Shown one piece after another: positions 29,586 to 41,125 of a DNA stretch of 64,000 nucleotides (positions are counted from its first letter, which is position 1; each line of letters opens with the position of its first letter). The position numbers were made by a program, and so were the translations under genes. The notes beneath the pieces were generated by a model, which had not been told where the DNA came from, searched no databases, and worked only from the letters and a program-made list of their open reading frames with translations. The DNA lies in contig LYOR01000001.1 in assembly GCA_001766825.1 (NCBI GenBank), positions 30,945-94,944 on the forward strand, read 5' to 3'. Origin of the DNA: Candidatus Syntropharchaeum butanivorans (lineage in GTDB: Archaea; Halobacteriota; Syntropharchaeia; Syntropharchaeales; Syntropharchaeaceae).

Positions 29586-30617
29586 ATGCAGCTTCCACGG
29601 GAGATTCTCGTGGGTCATGGGACGATACGTGAGATTGGGCGCGTCTGCAGGAAACTTGGCCTCAGTGGATCTGCGATTGTTGTTGTAGATGATATCACAA
29701 AGAAGGTAGCAGGGGATCTGGTCTGTGAGACACTTGCCGATGAGGGATATGATTTTACGGTCTTTGTGACAGATTCAGTACGCACTGAGCGGATCGAGGA
29801 GGTTAAGATGCTTGGAGAGGAGGTGGGGGCATCATTTGTCATCGGTGTTGGTGGGGGAACGGTGATAGATCTTGCAAAGATCTCATCCTTCGAGATGAAT
29901 AAGCCATTTTTGAGCGTCCCGACCGCGGCGGCCCATGATGGTATCGCCTCTCCCCGGGCGTCTGTGAAGGATGGAGAGCAGTCTGTCTCGATGGCTGCTC
30001 AGTCACCGCTTGGTATCGTTGCAGATACCCAGGTCATCGCATCAGCCCCATCAAGGCTTCTTGCTGCAGGGTGTGGCGACATCATCTCAAACTTCACCGC
30101 GGTTATGGACTGGCGTCTTGCTCACAGGCTCAGGAACGCCCCCTACAGCGCTTATGCAGCCGCTCTCTCTGAGATGACCGCAAGGATGATCATCGAATCA
30201 TCAGACACGATAAAGCCGAATGTAGAGGAGTCTGTGAGGCTCGTTGTGAAGGCGCTCATCTCAAGTGGGGTTGCAATGAGCATAGCAGGCTCTTCGGCAC
30301 CTGCGTCCGGGTCTGAGCACAAGTTCAGCCACGCGCTCGATCGAATCGCACCCAAACCGGCACTGCATGGTGAACAGTGTGGGGTTGGTGCGATTATGAT
30401 GATGCACCTTCATGGAGGCGACTGGAGGGTTATAAGGAATGCACTCATCGATATCGGGGCACCTGTTGATGCAGCAGGGCTTGGAATAGATCCCGAGTAT
30501 ATCATCGAGGCGCTTACCATCGCGCACACGATAAACCCTGAGAGGTATACGATACTCGGGACCGGGATCACAAGGGATGCAGCAGAGAGGCTTGCATCCG
30601 TCACAAAGGTGATATGA
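29586..30617 (+). CDS. egsA: glycerol-1-phosphate dehydrogenase [NAD(P)+]
   Basis: Start placed at MQLPREILVGHG. The GGGxxxD-like nucleotide loop and Fe-ADH-like fold fit archaeal G1PDH. Length ~343 aa. Confidence 0.75.
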   Translation: MQLPREILVGHGTIREIGRVCRKLGLSGSAIVVVDDITKKVAGDLVCETLADEGYDFTVFVTDSVRTERIEEVKMLGEEVGASFVIGVGGGTVIDLAKISSFEMNKPFLSVPTAAAHDGIASPRASVKDGEQSVSMAAQSPLGIVADTQVIASAPSRLLAAGCGDIISNFTAVMDWRLAHRLRNAPYSAYAAALSEMTARMIIESSDTIKPNVEESVRLVVKALISSGVAMSIAGSSAPASGSEHKFSHALDRIAPKPALHGEQCGVGAIMMMHLHGGDWRVIRNALIDIGAPVDAAGLGIDPEYIIEALTIAHTINPERYTILGTGITRDAAERLASVTKVI

Positions 30618-30645
30618 GCATTATGATTACTATGGAGATGATAGG

Positions 30646-31185
30646 ATGGCTGAAGAGGTTGAAAGATCTGATAGTAAGTCTGAGATTGATCTATGGGAAA
30701 GGTTCAAATCAGATGAGATGGAGCCTGACACGCATGATGCTGAGGTGGTCGTGACACTGGTCGGGATGAGGCTTGCAAAGGAGGGGGTCGAGTTCATCTT
30801 TACGGGTGTGGCTGAGGAATGTGAGGCATGTCGGTTGCGTAACAGCTGTACAAACCTCGACGAGGGGAGGCGATACCGGGTTGTAAAGGTGAGAAGCGGG
30901 ACCGAGCACGACTGCCCGATCCATGATGGAGGGGTTATTGCTGTAGAGGTGATAGAACCCCCGATCAGGGCTGCGATCGAATCAAAGAAGTGCTTTGACA
31001 GATCTAAAATTATATATGATCCCGGGGTCTGCCGGTTCATCGACTGCGAGTTCAGAGACTTCTGTTTTGCCCCAGGACTTGTGAAGGGAGATAAATACAT
31101 CATACAGAATGTACTCGGGGATCTGGAGGACGGATGTAAGGATGGTCGGAGCCTCAAGCTGGTTGAGCTGAAGCGAGCTGTTTAG
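30646..31185 (+). CDS. conserved archaeal cysteine-rich protein (UPF0179-like), hypothetical
   Basis: 179 aa with CEACRLRNSC, DCPIHD, CRFIDCEFRDFC clusters. Stop abuts the next gene's start. Confidence 0.35.
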   Translation: MAEEVERSDSKSEIDLWERFKSDEMEPDTHDAEVVVTLVGMRLAKEGVEFIFTGVAEECEACRLRNSCTNLDEGRRYRVVKVRSGTEHDCPIHDGGVIAVEVIEPPIRAAIESKKCFDRSKIIYDPGVCRFIDCEFRDFCFAPGLVKGDKYIIQNVLGDLEDGCKDGRSLKLVELKRAV

Positions 31186-32106
31186 ATGAGCGAGATACGG
31201 AGGCACTACTTCCTTAATGAGTACTGTATCGTTGCATCCGGTAGAAAGAGACGCCCACATGACTTTGTGAAGAAGGATAAGGGGATCAGAACCTCGGCAA
31301 AGGACTGTCCTTTCTGCCCTGGTAACGAGAGTATGACCCCGCCTGAAAACGCGGTATACAGGCTTGGTTCTGGCAGACCATGGGATGTCAGATGCTTTGA
31401 TAACCTCTATCCCGCGCTGAACAAGCCGCACGGTTACCATGAGGTCATCGTCGATACCCCGGTGCATGACGGAAGCCCTGCTGGCTTCTCAGATGAAGAG
31501 ATGAACCTGATGGTGGAGGCTTACAGGGATCGGTTCGATTTTTACGCGAGGAAGGAAGGAATCTCCTATGTCTCGATCTTCAAGAATCATGGGAGGGAGG
31601 CAGGAGCATCGATCTATCATTCACATACGCAGCTGATTGCTCTTCCACTCATGCCACCAGAGATTGAGAGGGAAAGAAGCATCATCAAACGGCTTGATCG
31701 ATGCCCGTACTGTTCTATTGTTGATCAAGAGTCTGGATCAGACCGTGTGATCCTTGAGAACCGTGAATGGATCGCATTCTCTCCTTTCTACTCGCAAGTT
31801 CCCTTTGAGGTATGGATCCTACCAAGAAGGCATATAAACAACATCACCTATATGGACCAGGCTCAGACATCCTCCTTTATCAGGATCTTCAGGGATATTT
31901 TGAGCCGTTTAAGGGATGCGCTTGAGGATCCAGCTTATAACTACCATTTTATGCAGACAATCGGAGAGGATTACCATCTGAACATAAGGATCTTACCAAG
32001 AACGTCGATCAGAGCGGGATTTGAGCTTAATACAGGGGTATATATCATAACAGTCCCTCCAGAGGATGCAGCATCTTTTTTGAGGGAGGTCAGGGGGATT
32101 AGATAG
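31186..32106 (+). CDS. galactose-1-phosphate uridylyltransferase-family HIT nucleotidyltransferase
   Basis: 306 aa. CPFCPGNE zinc knuckle and the HIT-like IYHSHTQL; two half-barrel repeats as in GalT / ADP-glucose phosphorylase. Confidence 0.65.
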   Translation: MSEIRRHYFLNEYCIVASGRKRRPHDFVKKDKGIRTSAKDCPFCPGNESMTPPENAVYRLGSGRPWDVRCFDNLYPALNKPHGYHEVIVDTPVHDGSPAGFSDEEMNLMVEAYRDRFDFYARKEGISYVSIFKNHGREAGASIYHSHTQLIALPLMPPEIERERSIIKRLDRCPYCSIVDQESGSDRVILENREWIAFSPFYSQVPFEVWILPRRHINNITYMDQAQTSSFIRIFRDILSRLRDALEDPAYNYHFMQTIGEDYHLNIRILPRTSIRAGFELNTGVYIITVPPEDAASFLREVRGIR

Positions 32107-32335
32107 GGGCTCTCACCCTGTCTGTTAGCGTCCTCTCCTGCTATTAAGGGCTTCATAATCTTTATTAATGAAAAGATCACTTCCTGATCGTTGATACCCG
32201 GCGGTGTGATGGATGTGGCAGGTGTGTGGAGGTCTGCCCATCAGGAATGCTTGAGGTTCTACCTGATGATTATGACCGCCCGGTTGTGCGGGTTAAGGAT
32301 GGTTTATCAAGCTCGATCGGGTACGTCTGACCCCT

Positions 32336-34213
32336 TTATATGCTCCCCACAAACTTCGGTCGCTTTGACAGGAGTACTGGGAGTGATAGCGGCTTATAGG
32401 GCATATCCCCCTGTTCTGCCTCAAGCAGACGTTTGAGTTCATCCACAGTCATCCTGACTTTCTTTGGCGACCTGAGTGTTGACTCCTTTCTCACCGTGAC
32501 GGTCAAGGTACCCTCTTCAGCCTCTTTTTTACCAACAACCACCACATACGGTATCCATTCACGCCCTGCATTTCTGATCTTCTTCCCCACAGTCTCATCC
32601 CGATCATCAATATCCACCCTGAAGGGGAGAGAGGAGGCGATGCTTCTCGCATACTCAAGCTCTCTGTCTGATACAGGGATTATCCTGACCTGGGTGGGTG
32701 AAAGCCAGAATGGTAGCATGGGTAGAGCCCCATCTTTATCCATATCCATCCATGCCCGCTCAAGAAGCGCATACATACACCGCTCAATCGCACCTGATGG
32801 TGAACAGTGGAGGATGATCGGCTCAACCTGGCTGTTATCCTCGTCAATATATCTGATTCCATACCTTTCAGCATTCTCAACGTCGATCTGGACGGTTGAG
32901 AGTGCGCTCGCCTTCCCGAGTGCATCGATGAAGTTGAACTCAAACTTCAGAATGAAGTAGAAGAACCGTTCATCCCATATTTCAAGAAGGACGGGCTTAT
33001 CAAGGAGCTTTGCAAGCTCTTTTATGAAGTCCGCATGCTCATCATAGAAGTCCTGCGTGAATCTGATCGCAACCTCATAATCAGAAGGATCAAGACCTAT
33101 CTCTCGGAGCAGATCGATGCACATCCTGTACTGATCCCTGAACTCCCGGATCGCCTCGTCCATATTCCTGCATAATGTGTGCATATCCGGCATTGTGAAC
33201 GCCCTGAGACGTCTCAGGCCCACAAGCTCCCCACGCTGCTCTCTTCTGAAGCTGTATCTTGTAAGCTCGAACATCCTGAGGGGCAGGTTTTTGTATGAGA
33301 TACTCATGTCATGGTTCATCAGAAACTGACCGAAACATGCGGCAAACCTCAAAAACAACTCTTTTCCCTTCTGATCCCCCACAATCCTGTACTGTCTTGC
33401 TGGGAAACGCTCAAGATACTTTTTAAGCGTCGGATGGCCTGAATCATACATGATCGGGGTCTCAACCTCCATGGCTCCACTTAAAACTGCTTTAGATGTT
33501 ACAAACTCCTCAAGAAGCTTTTTTATGAGCCTCCCTTTGGGGTAATACCTCAGATTACCCGGATCAGACGCATCCTCATAATCTGCAAGCTCAAGCCTCC
33601 TCATGAGCTCAACATGAGGGGGTGGTGTATCAACGACCCTGCTCTTTGAGGCCTCATACTCAAGAAATGCCCTGAGATTCTCAAAACCGGTAAAATCAAA
33701 CCCGGATGGATCAAGTATCTCCCCACCGGGTGTAAGTATCATGATCCTTGACTCTGCCTTTTCTTCCGCCTCAAGCGCCTCTGTCAGGATCTCTTCTGGC
33801 CTTATCGCTCTTGAGAGCTCTGATAGCGGATGCCCTTTACACCTGAGCGTGAACGCCTTGTACCATCCGAAAGGGGCCCTCATAAGGTCAAAATCACTCT
33901 TAAGAATATCCTCCATTCTTTTAAGTGTGTATATCGCAGAATCAGGGCTTGCTAAGCTTGAACTCAGATGTGCGTATGGGTAGAGGACGATACGATCTGC
34001 ATTGACCTTTTCTGCAACCTCTCTGATCTCAGAAACCGCGTCATCAGCAGCTCTATCGAGGTTCCCCTCATCCTCTTTCTCAACAGCGATAAAGACCGCA
34101 AGTACGTCATCCATCCTCCCGGACCTTCTCTCATCATCGATTTTTTCCGCAACCCCGGTCTCCCTCTTAACCTCATACTCGAGATAATCTGCGTGTATAA
34201 GCAAAAGCCGCAT
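32336..34213 (-). CDS. thrS: threonyl-tRNA synthetase (archaeal type with N-terminal editing domain)
   Basis: 625 aa. N-terminal ~140 aa archaeal-specific editing domain, class II catalytic core, and a C-terminal anticodon-binding domain. Confidence 0.85.
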   Translation of the reverse strand: MRLLLIHADYLEYEVKRETGVAEKIDDERRSGRMDDVLAVFIAVEKEDEGNLDRAADDAVSEIREVAEKVNADRIVLYPYAHLSSSLASPDSAIYTLKRMEDILKSDFDLMRAPFGWYKAFTLRCKGHPLSELSRAIRPEEILTEALEAEEKAESRIMILTPGGEILDPSGFDFTGFENLRAFLEYEASKSRVVDTPPPHVELMRRLELADYEDASDPGNLRYYPKGRLIKKLLEEFVTSKAVLSGAMEVETPIMYDSGHPTLKKYLERFPARQYRIVGDQKGKELFLRFAACFGQFLMNHDMSISYKNLPLRMFELTRYSFRREQRGELVGLRRLRAFTMPDMHTLCRNMDEAIREFRDQYRMCIDLLREIGLDPSDYEVAIRFTQDFYDEHADFIKELAKLLDKPVLLEIWDERFFYFILKFEFNFIDALGKASALSTVQIDVENAERYGIRYIDEDNSQVEPIILHCSPSGAIERCMYALLERAWMDMDKDGALPMLPFWLSPTQVRIIPVSDRELEYARSIASSLPFRVDIDDRDETVGKKIRNAGREWIPYVVVVGKKEAEEGTLTVTVRKESTLRSPKKVRMTVDELKRLLEAEQGDMPYKPLSLPVLLSKRPKFVGSI

Positions 34214-34214
34214 C

Positions 34215-35195
34215 TTACACCTCCGTTATATTTGAAAGAAGCGCTTCAAGCTGTATCTTCTCATTCGCACCCTCAAGAAGCCTCATATCAAAATCAGCCA
34301 TCGTGAGAACGACCTCCTCTATACGTCTTCCAAGAGAGGCCCTTCCTGATACAAGCACCTCATGGATCATACCAAGCACCTCTTCTCCCGTCAAACCCTC
34401 ATCGACCAGAAGCTCCTCGATCAATCTTGAAACCCGGACAGAGTCCCCCCTCATCCCGGCAGATATCAGCTCATCGATCCGCTCATCTGAGAGGCTGGGA
34501 AGCTCGCCTGTGAGTGCCAGATACTGGAGTGCATATATCGCATCCCCCATACTCCCTCCTGCACGAGATACGACCTCATGGATCAGCTCTTCATCGATCT
34601 TAACCCCTTCAGCAGCGAGTATCTCTCCAAGACGTCTCATGATGAGCCCGTCCCTGATTGGAGCAAGATACAGATTCAGCGCCCGGGATCTTAAAGGAGG
34701 AATAATCCTCGAGGGTCTTCTGGTTGTGAATAAAAACCTACATGTGCGATTATAACGCTCAATCATCCTTCTTAATGCGTGTTGTGCCTCAAAAGTGAGT
34801 GCATCTGCATTTCTGAAGAATATAACCTTAAAATCTGCTCCTATCGGCATGAGCGAGGCATACTCGTTTATGACCTCCTTAAAAGTCTCAATTACGGGCT
34901 TATTCTTATCATAGAAGTGCTCAAATCGATCTTCAGCCTCAAGATACGCCTTACCCCGGTTGAAAAAGTCTGAGGCATCTATCTCAACGAGGTTATCCTC
35001 AAATCTCTCGCCATAAAGTCCTTTTGCAAGAAGATAAACGAGTGTACTCTTTCCAACCCCTGCTCTTCCATGGAGAAGGAGGTTCGGGATGCTGCCCCGC
35101 TTGACGTACGACCTGAACCTCTCAACAACCGTACGCTGCCCCACCACCTCATCAAACGACCTTGGTCGGTACTTTTCGATCCAGATCTCACTCAA
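34215..35195 (-). CDS. rfcS: replication factor C small subunit (divergent paralogue, RfcS2-like)
   Basis: 326 aa. [16 protein letters not shown] (the clamp-loader start) with an AAA+ fold. Walker A is the variant [10 protein letters not shown]. Methanosarcinales-type second small subunit. Confidence 0.65.
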   Translation of the reverse strand: MSEIWIEKYRPRSFDEVVGQRTVVERFRSYVKRGSIPNLLLHGRAGVGKSTLVYLLAKGLYGERFEDNLVEIDASDFFNRGKAYLEAEDRFEHFYDKNKPVIETFKEVINEYASLMPIGADFKVIFFRNADALTFEAQHALRRMIERYNRTCRFLFTTRRPSRIIPPLRSRALNLYLAPIRDGLIMRRLGEILAAEGVKIDEELIHEVVSRAGGSMGDAIYALQYLALTGELPSLSDERIDELISAGMRGDSVRVSRLIEELLVDEGLTGEEVLGMIHEVLVSGRASLGRRIEEVVLTMADFDMRLLEGANEKIQLEALLSNITEV

Positions 35196-35907
35196 ACTGG
35201 ATCCCCTCCAGATCCCTCACACCATCCTCCCTCAGGACAAATTCGCATGATAGACCCTCCGGACGCGACCTGTGCTTTCTTATTATCGCCCTGCGCCTGC
35301 CGCCACTGAGTCTCTCAAGCTCAAGGATCGTTTTAGATGTGTACTCAAATATAAGACCGCCGATGGGGCATAGCTTCTCACTATCGATATCTGTGTAGAC
35401 CTGGTTTGTCACAACAGCGGCAAAGTTCCGTCTTCTTGCAAGCTCAAGGAGCGTGATCATCTGGGATCCAAGCTGGCGTCTCAGCTCCTTCCCGGTCTCA
35501 TCGTCAAGCTCGAGGCGGTAGAACATCGTTGCAGAATCAAGTACCACGACACCTATGTCCTCACTGAGGTTCTTGAGCTCTTCAATCGCGCTCTGCTGCT
35601 GATGAAAGTTGAGCGGTTCGAAGATCATCACGTTTGCCGCGATCTGCCTGAAGTTCTCACCCGCGATCTGCCTGAATCGCTCAGGGGACAAACCCTCGGT
35701 ATCGATATACACCGCTTTCTTTCCACGCTTGACACACTCAACAACAAGCTGAATGCATATATTCGTCTTTCCTGAGCCAGGCCCACCATAGATCTGAGAT
35801 ACAGCACCTGCTTCAAACCCCCCACCGAGAAGACGATCCAGGCTCCTGCATCCCGTCTGCCACCGTTCAATAACCGCCTCAAGCTCAGAAGAACGCTCCA
35901 TTCTCAC
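35188..35907 (-). CDS. radB: DNA repair and recombination protein RadB
   Basis: 239 aa. SQIYGGPGSGKTNICIQL (Walker A). A short RecA-core protein without the N-terminal HhH domain. Confidence 0.75.
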   Translation of the reverse strand: MRMERSSELEAVIERWQTGCRSLDRLLGGGFEAGAVSQIYGGPGSGKTNICIQLVVECVKRGKKAVYIDTEGLSPERFRQIAGENFRQIAANVMIFEPLNFHQQQSAIEELKNLSEDIGVVVLDSATMFYRLELDDETGKELRRQLGSQMITLLELARRRNFAAVVTNQVYTDIDSEKLCPIGGLIFEYTSKTILELERLSGGRRRAIIRKHRSRPEGLSCEFVLREDGVRDLEGIQFE

Positions 35908-36983
35908 CGCAGAAACTTCGTCTCAAAACCACGCTCCTGGAGTATCTCACGGGTGAGTCCTGTCAGGACAACCTCTGCAAATCTCAGATCCTCCACCGTC
36001 TTCGAGCCTGTCAGGAACATCGCGACCTTCAACTCCTCAAGCACCTGTCTTATTCGATCTATCACAGCATCAGCCCCTCTGAGTGCCGGCTCAACAAGTG
36101 GTAGTGCCATCCCACAGACCGTGGCACCGAGTGCGATCGATTTTGCGATATCGATACCACTCCTGACGCCCCCTGTTGCAATCACCGGTATCCCGAAGTC
36201 CTTGCATTCAACGATCGAGACGGTTGTGAGTATCCCCCAGTTCCAGAATGCCCGTCCAAGGTGCTCCTTCATCTCATTCCCCTCTGCCTTTGCACGATGC
36301 ACCTCAATACCCGCCCAGCTCGTTCCACCGGCGCCACCGACATCTATCGCGGCAACCCCTGCCTGAGCAAGCATATATCCAACCTTATGTGAGATCCCTG
36401 CCCCGGTCTCCTTGACGATGACAGGCACGTCAAGCCTCGTGCATATCCTGTTGATCGCGGTGATACACCCGATCGCGTTGACGTCCCCCTCAGGTTGTAT
36501 CGCCTCCTGGAGGAAGTTGAGGTGTATCGCGACCGCGTCTGCATCGATCATCTCAACGGCACGTTTCACCCCGCCAATACCGTACTTTGCAAGCTGTGGG
36601 GCTCCGATGTTGGCATACACAAACGCATCTGGTGCCACGTCCCGCACAACCCTGAATGATTCCTCCTGTTCTGGATCTTCAAGTGCTGCCCGCTGGCTTC
36701 CAACTCCTATCCCAATTCCAAGCCGCTTTGCAGCCTCTGCAAGGCTCCGGTTGACCTCAATGGTCTCTGGATGCCCGCCTGTCATTGATGCAATCAGAAG
36801 CGGTGCCTCAAGCTCCCTCCCGAGAAACCTTGTCTTAAGGCTTATCTCATTCATGTCAATCTCAGGGAGGGCGTTATGAATCAGCCAGACATCTTCAAAG
36901 CAGGATACACTATGCTCAACGTCCTCCTCTGCACATAGCCTCAGGTGATCAAGCTTCCTCTTTGATGTTGCGTTCAATCCCAT
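35904..36983 (-). CDS. fni: isopentenyl-diphosphate delta-isomerase, type 2 (FMN-dependent)
   Basis: 359 aa. RKLDHLRLC near the start, ASMTGG, and the glycine-rich [12 protein letters not shown] segment typical of the FMN-dependent TIM barrel. Confidence 0.8.
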   Translation of the reverse strand: MGLNATSKRKLDHLRLCAEEDVEHSVSCFEDVWLIHNALPEIDMNEISLKTRFLGRELEAPLLIASMTGGHPETIEVNRSLAEAAKRLGIGIGVGSQRAALEDPEQEESFRVVRDVAPDAFVYANIGAPQLAKYGIGGVKRAVEMIDADAVAIHLNFLQEAIQPEGDVNAIGCITAINRICTRLDVPVIVKETGAGISHKVGYMLAQAGVAAIDVGGAGGTSWAGIEVHRAKAEGNEMKEHLGRAFWNWGILTTVSIVECKDFGIPVIATGGVRSGIDIAKSIALGATVCGMALPLVEPALRGADAVIDRIRQVLEELKVAMFLTGSKTVEDLRFAEVVLTGLTREILQERGFETKFLR

Positions 36984-37087
36984 GCACCTTTCATCGCTTT
37001 TACAATCATTCGGCAGGATGGGTTAAAGTCTTTTGGTAAGTAACCTACATATAGTATTGTAGAGGCCATAGACCAGGGAGGAGTTCT

Positions 37088-38227
37088 GTGGATCAGAAGG
37101 ATGAAAGATGGTTTGATAAGTACCATCCATATCTTGTCATGGTACTGATTGCCCTTTTTGCGGGTGGTATTGGCGGGATGCTCGGGTATCATGGGGCGAT
37201 GCATGAAAAAGTATCTCAGGAGAGGCTTTGTGCCATAAATCTCACATCAAGTGATGGAGCAATAGTTGTCGGGATATTTGAGGATGTTAAGCGTTCGATG
37301 GTCCATATAGAATCTTCAAGGACTAATATAAGCGGTATAAAGCATCCATTTCCGATAAACGGGACTGGTTCTGGCTTCGTTATAGAGTTCAATGGGTCAA
37401 GGTATATCCTGACAAACGAGCATGTGATAACAGAGGCCGATGACCTCAGGGTGACGCTATTTGATGGAACGAGGGTGGAGGCAGAGCTTCTTGGATCAGA
37501 CCCGATGACAGATATCGCTGTGATCAGGGCAGAGCTTCCAGATTATATCCCACCGCTCACACTCGGTGACTCTGACAGGATCCTCCCTGGTCAGCTTGCG
37601 ATCGCAATCGGTAACCCTTACGCGCTTGATAACACGATCACACTCGGGATCATCAGCGGGCTTGATAGAACAATCACAACAGAATCAGGATACACAGTTC
37701 ACGGGGTTATCCAGACAGATGCTGCGATAAATCCCGGAAACAGCGGGGGTCCACTTTTAAATGCAAGAGGGGAAGTTATCGGGATAAATAGCGCGATAAT
37801 GCCATTTGCAGAGGGTATAGGGTTTGCAATACCGATAAATACCGCGAAGAATGTATCATCCGAGATCATAAAGCACGGGAAAGTTATAAGACCGTGGATC
37901 GGTATTACAGGCGTGGATCTAACCCCTGAGCTGGCAAAGATGGCAGGGGTTGATCTTGATGGAGGGGTTCTCATCGTTGATGTCTTTGAAGGCGGGCCTG
38001 CAGATGAGGCAGGGCTTCGTGGCTCAGGGTCACATCTTGGGGAGGAGAACTTTGAGCCCGGAGATATAATCATCGGGTTTGATGGCAAGCAGATCAGGAC
38101 GATGGATGAGCTCATAAATGCGATTCTTCAGCATGAGGTGGGGGATGAGGTTGAGATCGTATATATCAGGGATGGGACCAGGATGAAGGCAGATGTGAGG
38201 CTGATGGAGAGACCTGGTGGGATATGA
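37088..38227 (+). CDS. HtrA/DegP-family serine protease with PDZ domain
   Basis: 379 aa. N-terminal TM anchor. Catalytic triad context TNEHV, D, GNSGGPLLN. C-terminal PDZ region. Confidence 0.8.
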   Translation: MDQKDERWFDKYHPYLVMVLIALFAGGIGGMLGYHGAMHEKVSQERLCAINLTSSDGAIVVGIFEDVKRSMVHIESSRTNISGIKHPFPINGTGSGFVIEFNGSRYILTNEHVITEADDLRVTLFDGTRVEAELLGSDPMTDIAVIRAELPDYIPPLTLGDSDRILPGQLAIAIGNPYALDNTITLGIISGLDRTITTESGYTVHGVIQTDAAINPGNSGGPLLNARGEVIGINSAIMPFAEGIGFAIPINTAKNVSSEIIKHGKVIRPWIGITGVDLTPELAKMAGVDLDGGVLIVDVFEGGPADEAGLRGSGSHLGEENFEPGDIIIGFDGKQIRTMDELINAILQHEVGDEVEIVYIRDGTRMKADVRLMERPGGI

Positions 38228-38265
38228 GGGGAAAATTTTATCTTAATCCTTGAATAGATGAGGCT

Positions 38266-39234
38266 GTGATGAGGACGGTATGGTTGCAGATGAGAATGGC
38301 CCTGGTTGTTGCAGCACTCTTTGCCATAATATACGCGTTCTTATCTCTCATCGCCTATGCTGCAGGGCTTGGGACCCCGATCGTTTTTGCCATCCTCGCG
38401 TCTGTTCTTGTTGGGTTCCAGTTTCTCATCGGCCCCAAGATCGTTGAGTGGTCGATGAGGGTGAGATACGTCGATGAGATGGAAGCACCTCGACTTCACA
38501 GGTTAATCGAACGGCTTGCAAGAGATGCAGGTATACCAAAGCCCAGGGTGGGAATTGCCGAGGTCCCGATCCCGAACGCGTTCGCCTTCGGTCGCTCGAA
38601 GCGAGATGCAAGGATCTGTGTGACACGGGCGCTTCTTAACATGCTTGATGAGGGGGAGCTTGAAGCGGTGCTCGGGCATGAGATCTCCCATATCAGGCAC
38701 AGGGATGTCGCTGTGATAACAGCTCTCAGCGTCATACCGATGATCTGTTACTTCATATTCCAGTCGTTCTTCTTCTCCGGCCTCTTTGGAGGGCGTGATC
38801 GGAACAACGCAGGTCTGCTCGCAGTTGCAGCAGTTGCTTTCATCGTCTACTTTGTCTCTAACCTCCTCGTCCTCTATGCATCAAGGATCAGGGAGTATTA
38901 TGCGGATGAGGGGAGTGCAAGGCTCACAGGGAAGCCACATGAGCTTGCATCAGCCCTGTATAAGATGATTTACGGTAGTGTGCGCGTGAAACGGGAGGAT
39001 TTAAGGGAAATTGAGGGAATAAGGGCATTCTTTGCGACAGATCCGGCTCGAGCACGGAGAGACATAGTAGACCTGATGAGTGCCGATCTTAACAGGGATG
39101 GCAAGATCGATCCCTATGAGCTTAGGCGGTTCTCAGCCGAAGCAGGGTCTGTGAGCACACTTGAGCGATTTATGGAGCTTTTCTCAACCCATCCAAACCC
39201 TGTAAATCGTATAAAAAGGCTTGGAAACCTTTAG
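38266..39234 (+). CDS. htpX: HtpX-like M48 zinc metalloprotease
   Basis: 322 aa. HEISHIRHRD contains HExxH. Four TM segments; M48 topology. Confidence 0.8.
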   Translation: MMRTVWLQMRMALVVAALFAIIYAFLSLIAYAAGLGTPIVFAILASVLVGFQFLIGPKIVEWSMRVRYVDEMEAPRLHRLIERLARDAGIPKPRVGIAEVPIPNAFAFGRSKRDARICVTRALLNMLDEGELEAVLGHEISHIRHRDVAVITALSVIPMICYFIFQSFFFSGLFGGRDRNNAGLLAVAAVAFIVYFVSNLLVLYASRIREYYADEGSARLTGKPHELASALYKMIYGSVRVKREDLREIEGIRAFFATDPARARRDIVDLMSADLNRDGKIDPYELRRFSAEAGSVSTLERFMELFSTHPNPVNRIKRLGNL

Positions 39235-39248
39235 CTTTAAAAATAAGG

Positions 39249-39266
39249 AAGGGGGTATACCCCCTT
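39249..39266. terminator. perfect 18-nt palindrome between convergent genes (bidirectional terminator candidate)
   Basis: aagggggtataccccctt is 9+9 self-complementary. It lies between the htpX stop (39234) and the stop of the minus-strand gene (39265). Confidence 0.35.
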
Positions 39267-40830
39267 AAAGCACACGCCTGCACATCCAGTCGATGAACCG
39301 ATCAAGCGGGTTCATGTTATGATGCAGGAATATGAACGGCCTCCTCCACCGGTGCTTGTACCCCGGAACCCTTGCAAGGAGGTGGTTTATCGGGTTAAGC
39401 ACAAGCGGCAGACACCTGTTCCACCATGTTCCACCGATTATATCCCATATCCAGTCACTCGGGTCAATCTCCCTGTACTCCTCCCTGCCCTCGATGATGT
39501 TATCAAACTCATCTCTAACAGGCCTGACAATGATCGGACGCTTGATCTTCGCACGCTCGTTTCTTGTGATCTCTCTCCACGGCCCCCTGCCACGGTTAAT
39601 GTGAGAGAACCTGAAGAGGATGTTAAGCAATTTATATGACTCCCCTCTGCATTCTTTGTAGAGTATCTCAGATAAGAGATACGGGTCAACGAGCCTCCCA
39701 AGCCCCTCACCAGGCCGGTTTCCATAGAGCCTTGCGGTTCTGATGTGCCGCTGCTTTCTGATGAGTGTATCTGGATAGAGGTCGTACCTGGTGGGATCAT
39801 CCTTGATCGTTGCAAATGCCTGTGATGTGACCGTGGGATCCTTTCCTGCGATGATCTGTGAGAGATCCTCAACCCCTTTCTTCTTTCTCTCCTCCTCAAG
39901 GACGTACTTTCTCCTCTTCTTGAGCTCAGCCCTCCATGCCCGCTGCTCAGGGCTTTTGTACTCCTCAATCTCACGCTTTATCTGCTCAAGCCATTTCTTC
40001 TTCCACTCTTTAAGCTCCTGCTTGACCTTTGCAATCCGTGCCTTTCGCTCTGCCTTCATCTGCTTTATCTCCTGCTTCTTGAGCCAGATCTCAGGGTATA
40101 TCTCCTTGGGCCAGCGGATATCAAATAACCGCCTGTACCTCCACTGATCTGCCTTGATCTTCTTGATATCAGCCTTTGCCTGCTGGATCTTTGTCCAGAG
40201 GATATAAATCTGCTCATCATAGCATGGCGGTACGTTGTGAAGGCATCGATCGATCGAGGCACACCCTGACAGCTGATGGTAACCCCGTAGACGGATCTTA
40301 TGGGTCCACAGGGTGTGGCCCGCAATCCAGCAGAAGATGTCTCCCCACGTCCAGAAGTTGTAGACGTGGTTGTTGATAAGCTCAAGGTCGTCGAACTGGC
40401 CCCTTGACCATGACTCAACCTCCATGCGATCGTTCCAGTTGTAAAGCGGTATCGCCTTGACGTAGTCCTGCCCTCTTATCGCAGGGAAGAAGGCTTTCCC
40501 ATCGAGCCATACAAACTCGGCGGTCTGCTGTCTGTATTTACGTGCGTGTATCCTGAGAAACTCCCACTTGAGCTCTGGCTTCTGGGTGTTGACCCAGCCT
40601 GAGGCTGTATCTGCCATCATGTTGATCTTGTTCGTCCTTGCAGGCTCTTCGTCAACCTCCTGACCCTCTGAGAGGGGGGAGCCGAACTTCGCAAACTTCT
40701 TCGGGAAGCGCTCTTTGAGCTCCTGAATAAAAGTCTCATCATCGTATTTTCCCTCGATGATGAGCTTCATGTACTTATCAGCCAGCTCCTTGTCCCTCTT
40801 TCTCCCAAAAATTCTCCCCATATCATCCAC
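39265..40830 (-). CDS. large Trp-rich hypothetical protein with central Lys/Glu-rich coiled coil
   Basis: 521 aa, ~20 tryptophans. Central KKIKADQWRYRR...KVKQELKEWKKKWLEQIKREIEEYK heptad-like stretch. No motif I can name. Last gene of a 3-gene minus-strand operon. Confidence 0.5.
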   Translation of the reverse strand: MDDMGRIFGRKRDKELADKYMKLIIEGKYDDETFIQELKERFPKKFAKFGSPLSEGQEVDEEPARTNKINMMADTASGWVNTQKPELKWEFLRIHARKYRQQTAEFVWLDGKAFFPAIRGQDYVKAIPLYNWNDRMEVESWSRGQFDDLELINNHVYNFWTWGDIFCWIAGHTLWTHKIRLRGYHQLSGCASIDRCLHNVPPCYDEQIYILWTKIQQAKADIKKIKADQWRYRRLFDIRWPKEIYPEIWLKKQEIKQMKAERKARIAKVKQELKEWKKKWLEQIKREIEEYKSPEQRAWRAELKKRRKYVLEEERKKKGVEDLSQIIAGKDPTVTSQAFATIKDDPTRYDLYPDTLIRKQRHIRTARLYGNRPGEGLGRLVDPYLLSEILYKECRGESYKLLNILFRFSHINRGRGPWREITRNERAKIKRPIIVRPVRDEFDNIIEGREEYREIDPSDWIWDIIGGTWWNRCLPLVLNPINHLLARVPGYKHRWRRPFIFLHHNMNPLDRFIDWMCRRVL

Positions 40831-40885
40831 CTTCTACCCTTTTAATGATTATAATTGCCCTCAAAAATATAAGGGTGTGGGACGA

Positions 40886-41125
40886 TCACTCCTCCACCTG
40901 GATGAGATACTGGTTTGCACAGACCGGACACTCTGGATCAGGGATCCATTCACCCTCCTTGTAGAACGTCGAGCAGTTCGGGCACTCGTAGGCGTTGTTT
41001 CCCTTCGGCATGAGCCTTATCCTGTGCCCGCACCTGCAAACCGGACAGACCGGAACAATCTTTAACTCAGACTCATCACCCTTCCAGTCACACGCGTTAC
41101 AGTAGTATTTCGTCATATCGATCAC
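40886..41125 (-). CDS. small multi-CxxC zinc-ribbon protein
   Basis: 79 aa: CNACDW, CPVCRCGH, CPNCS, CPVCAN, i.e. four CxxC pairs forming two zinc ribbons. Start abuts the stop of the upstream gene. Confidence 0.5.
   Translation of the reverse strand: MIDMTKYYCNACDWKGDESELKIVPVCPVCRCGHRIRLMPKGNNAYECPNCSTFYKEGEWIPDPECPVCANQYLIQVEE

Noticed and set aside
39265-40830. Trp-rich 521-aa protein as a radical-SAM or glycosyltransferase enzyme
   Set aside because: It has no CxxxCxxC and no DxD or Rossmann motifs. It is left as hypothetical.
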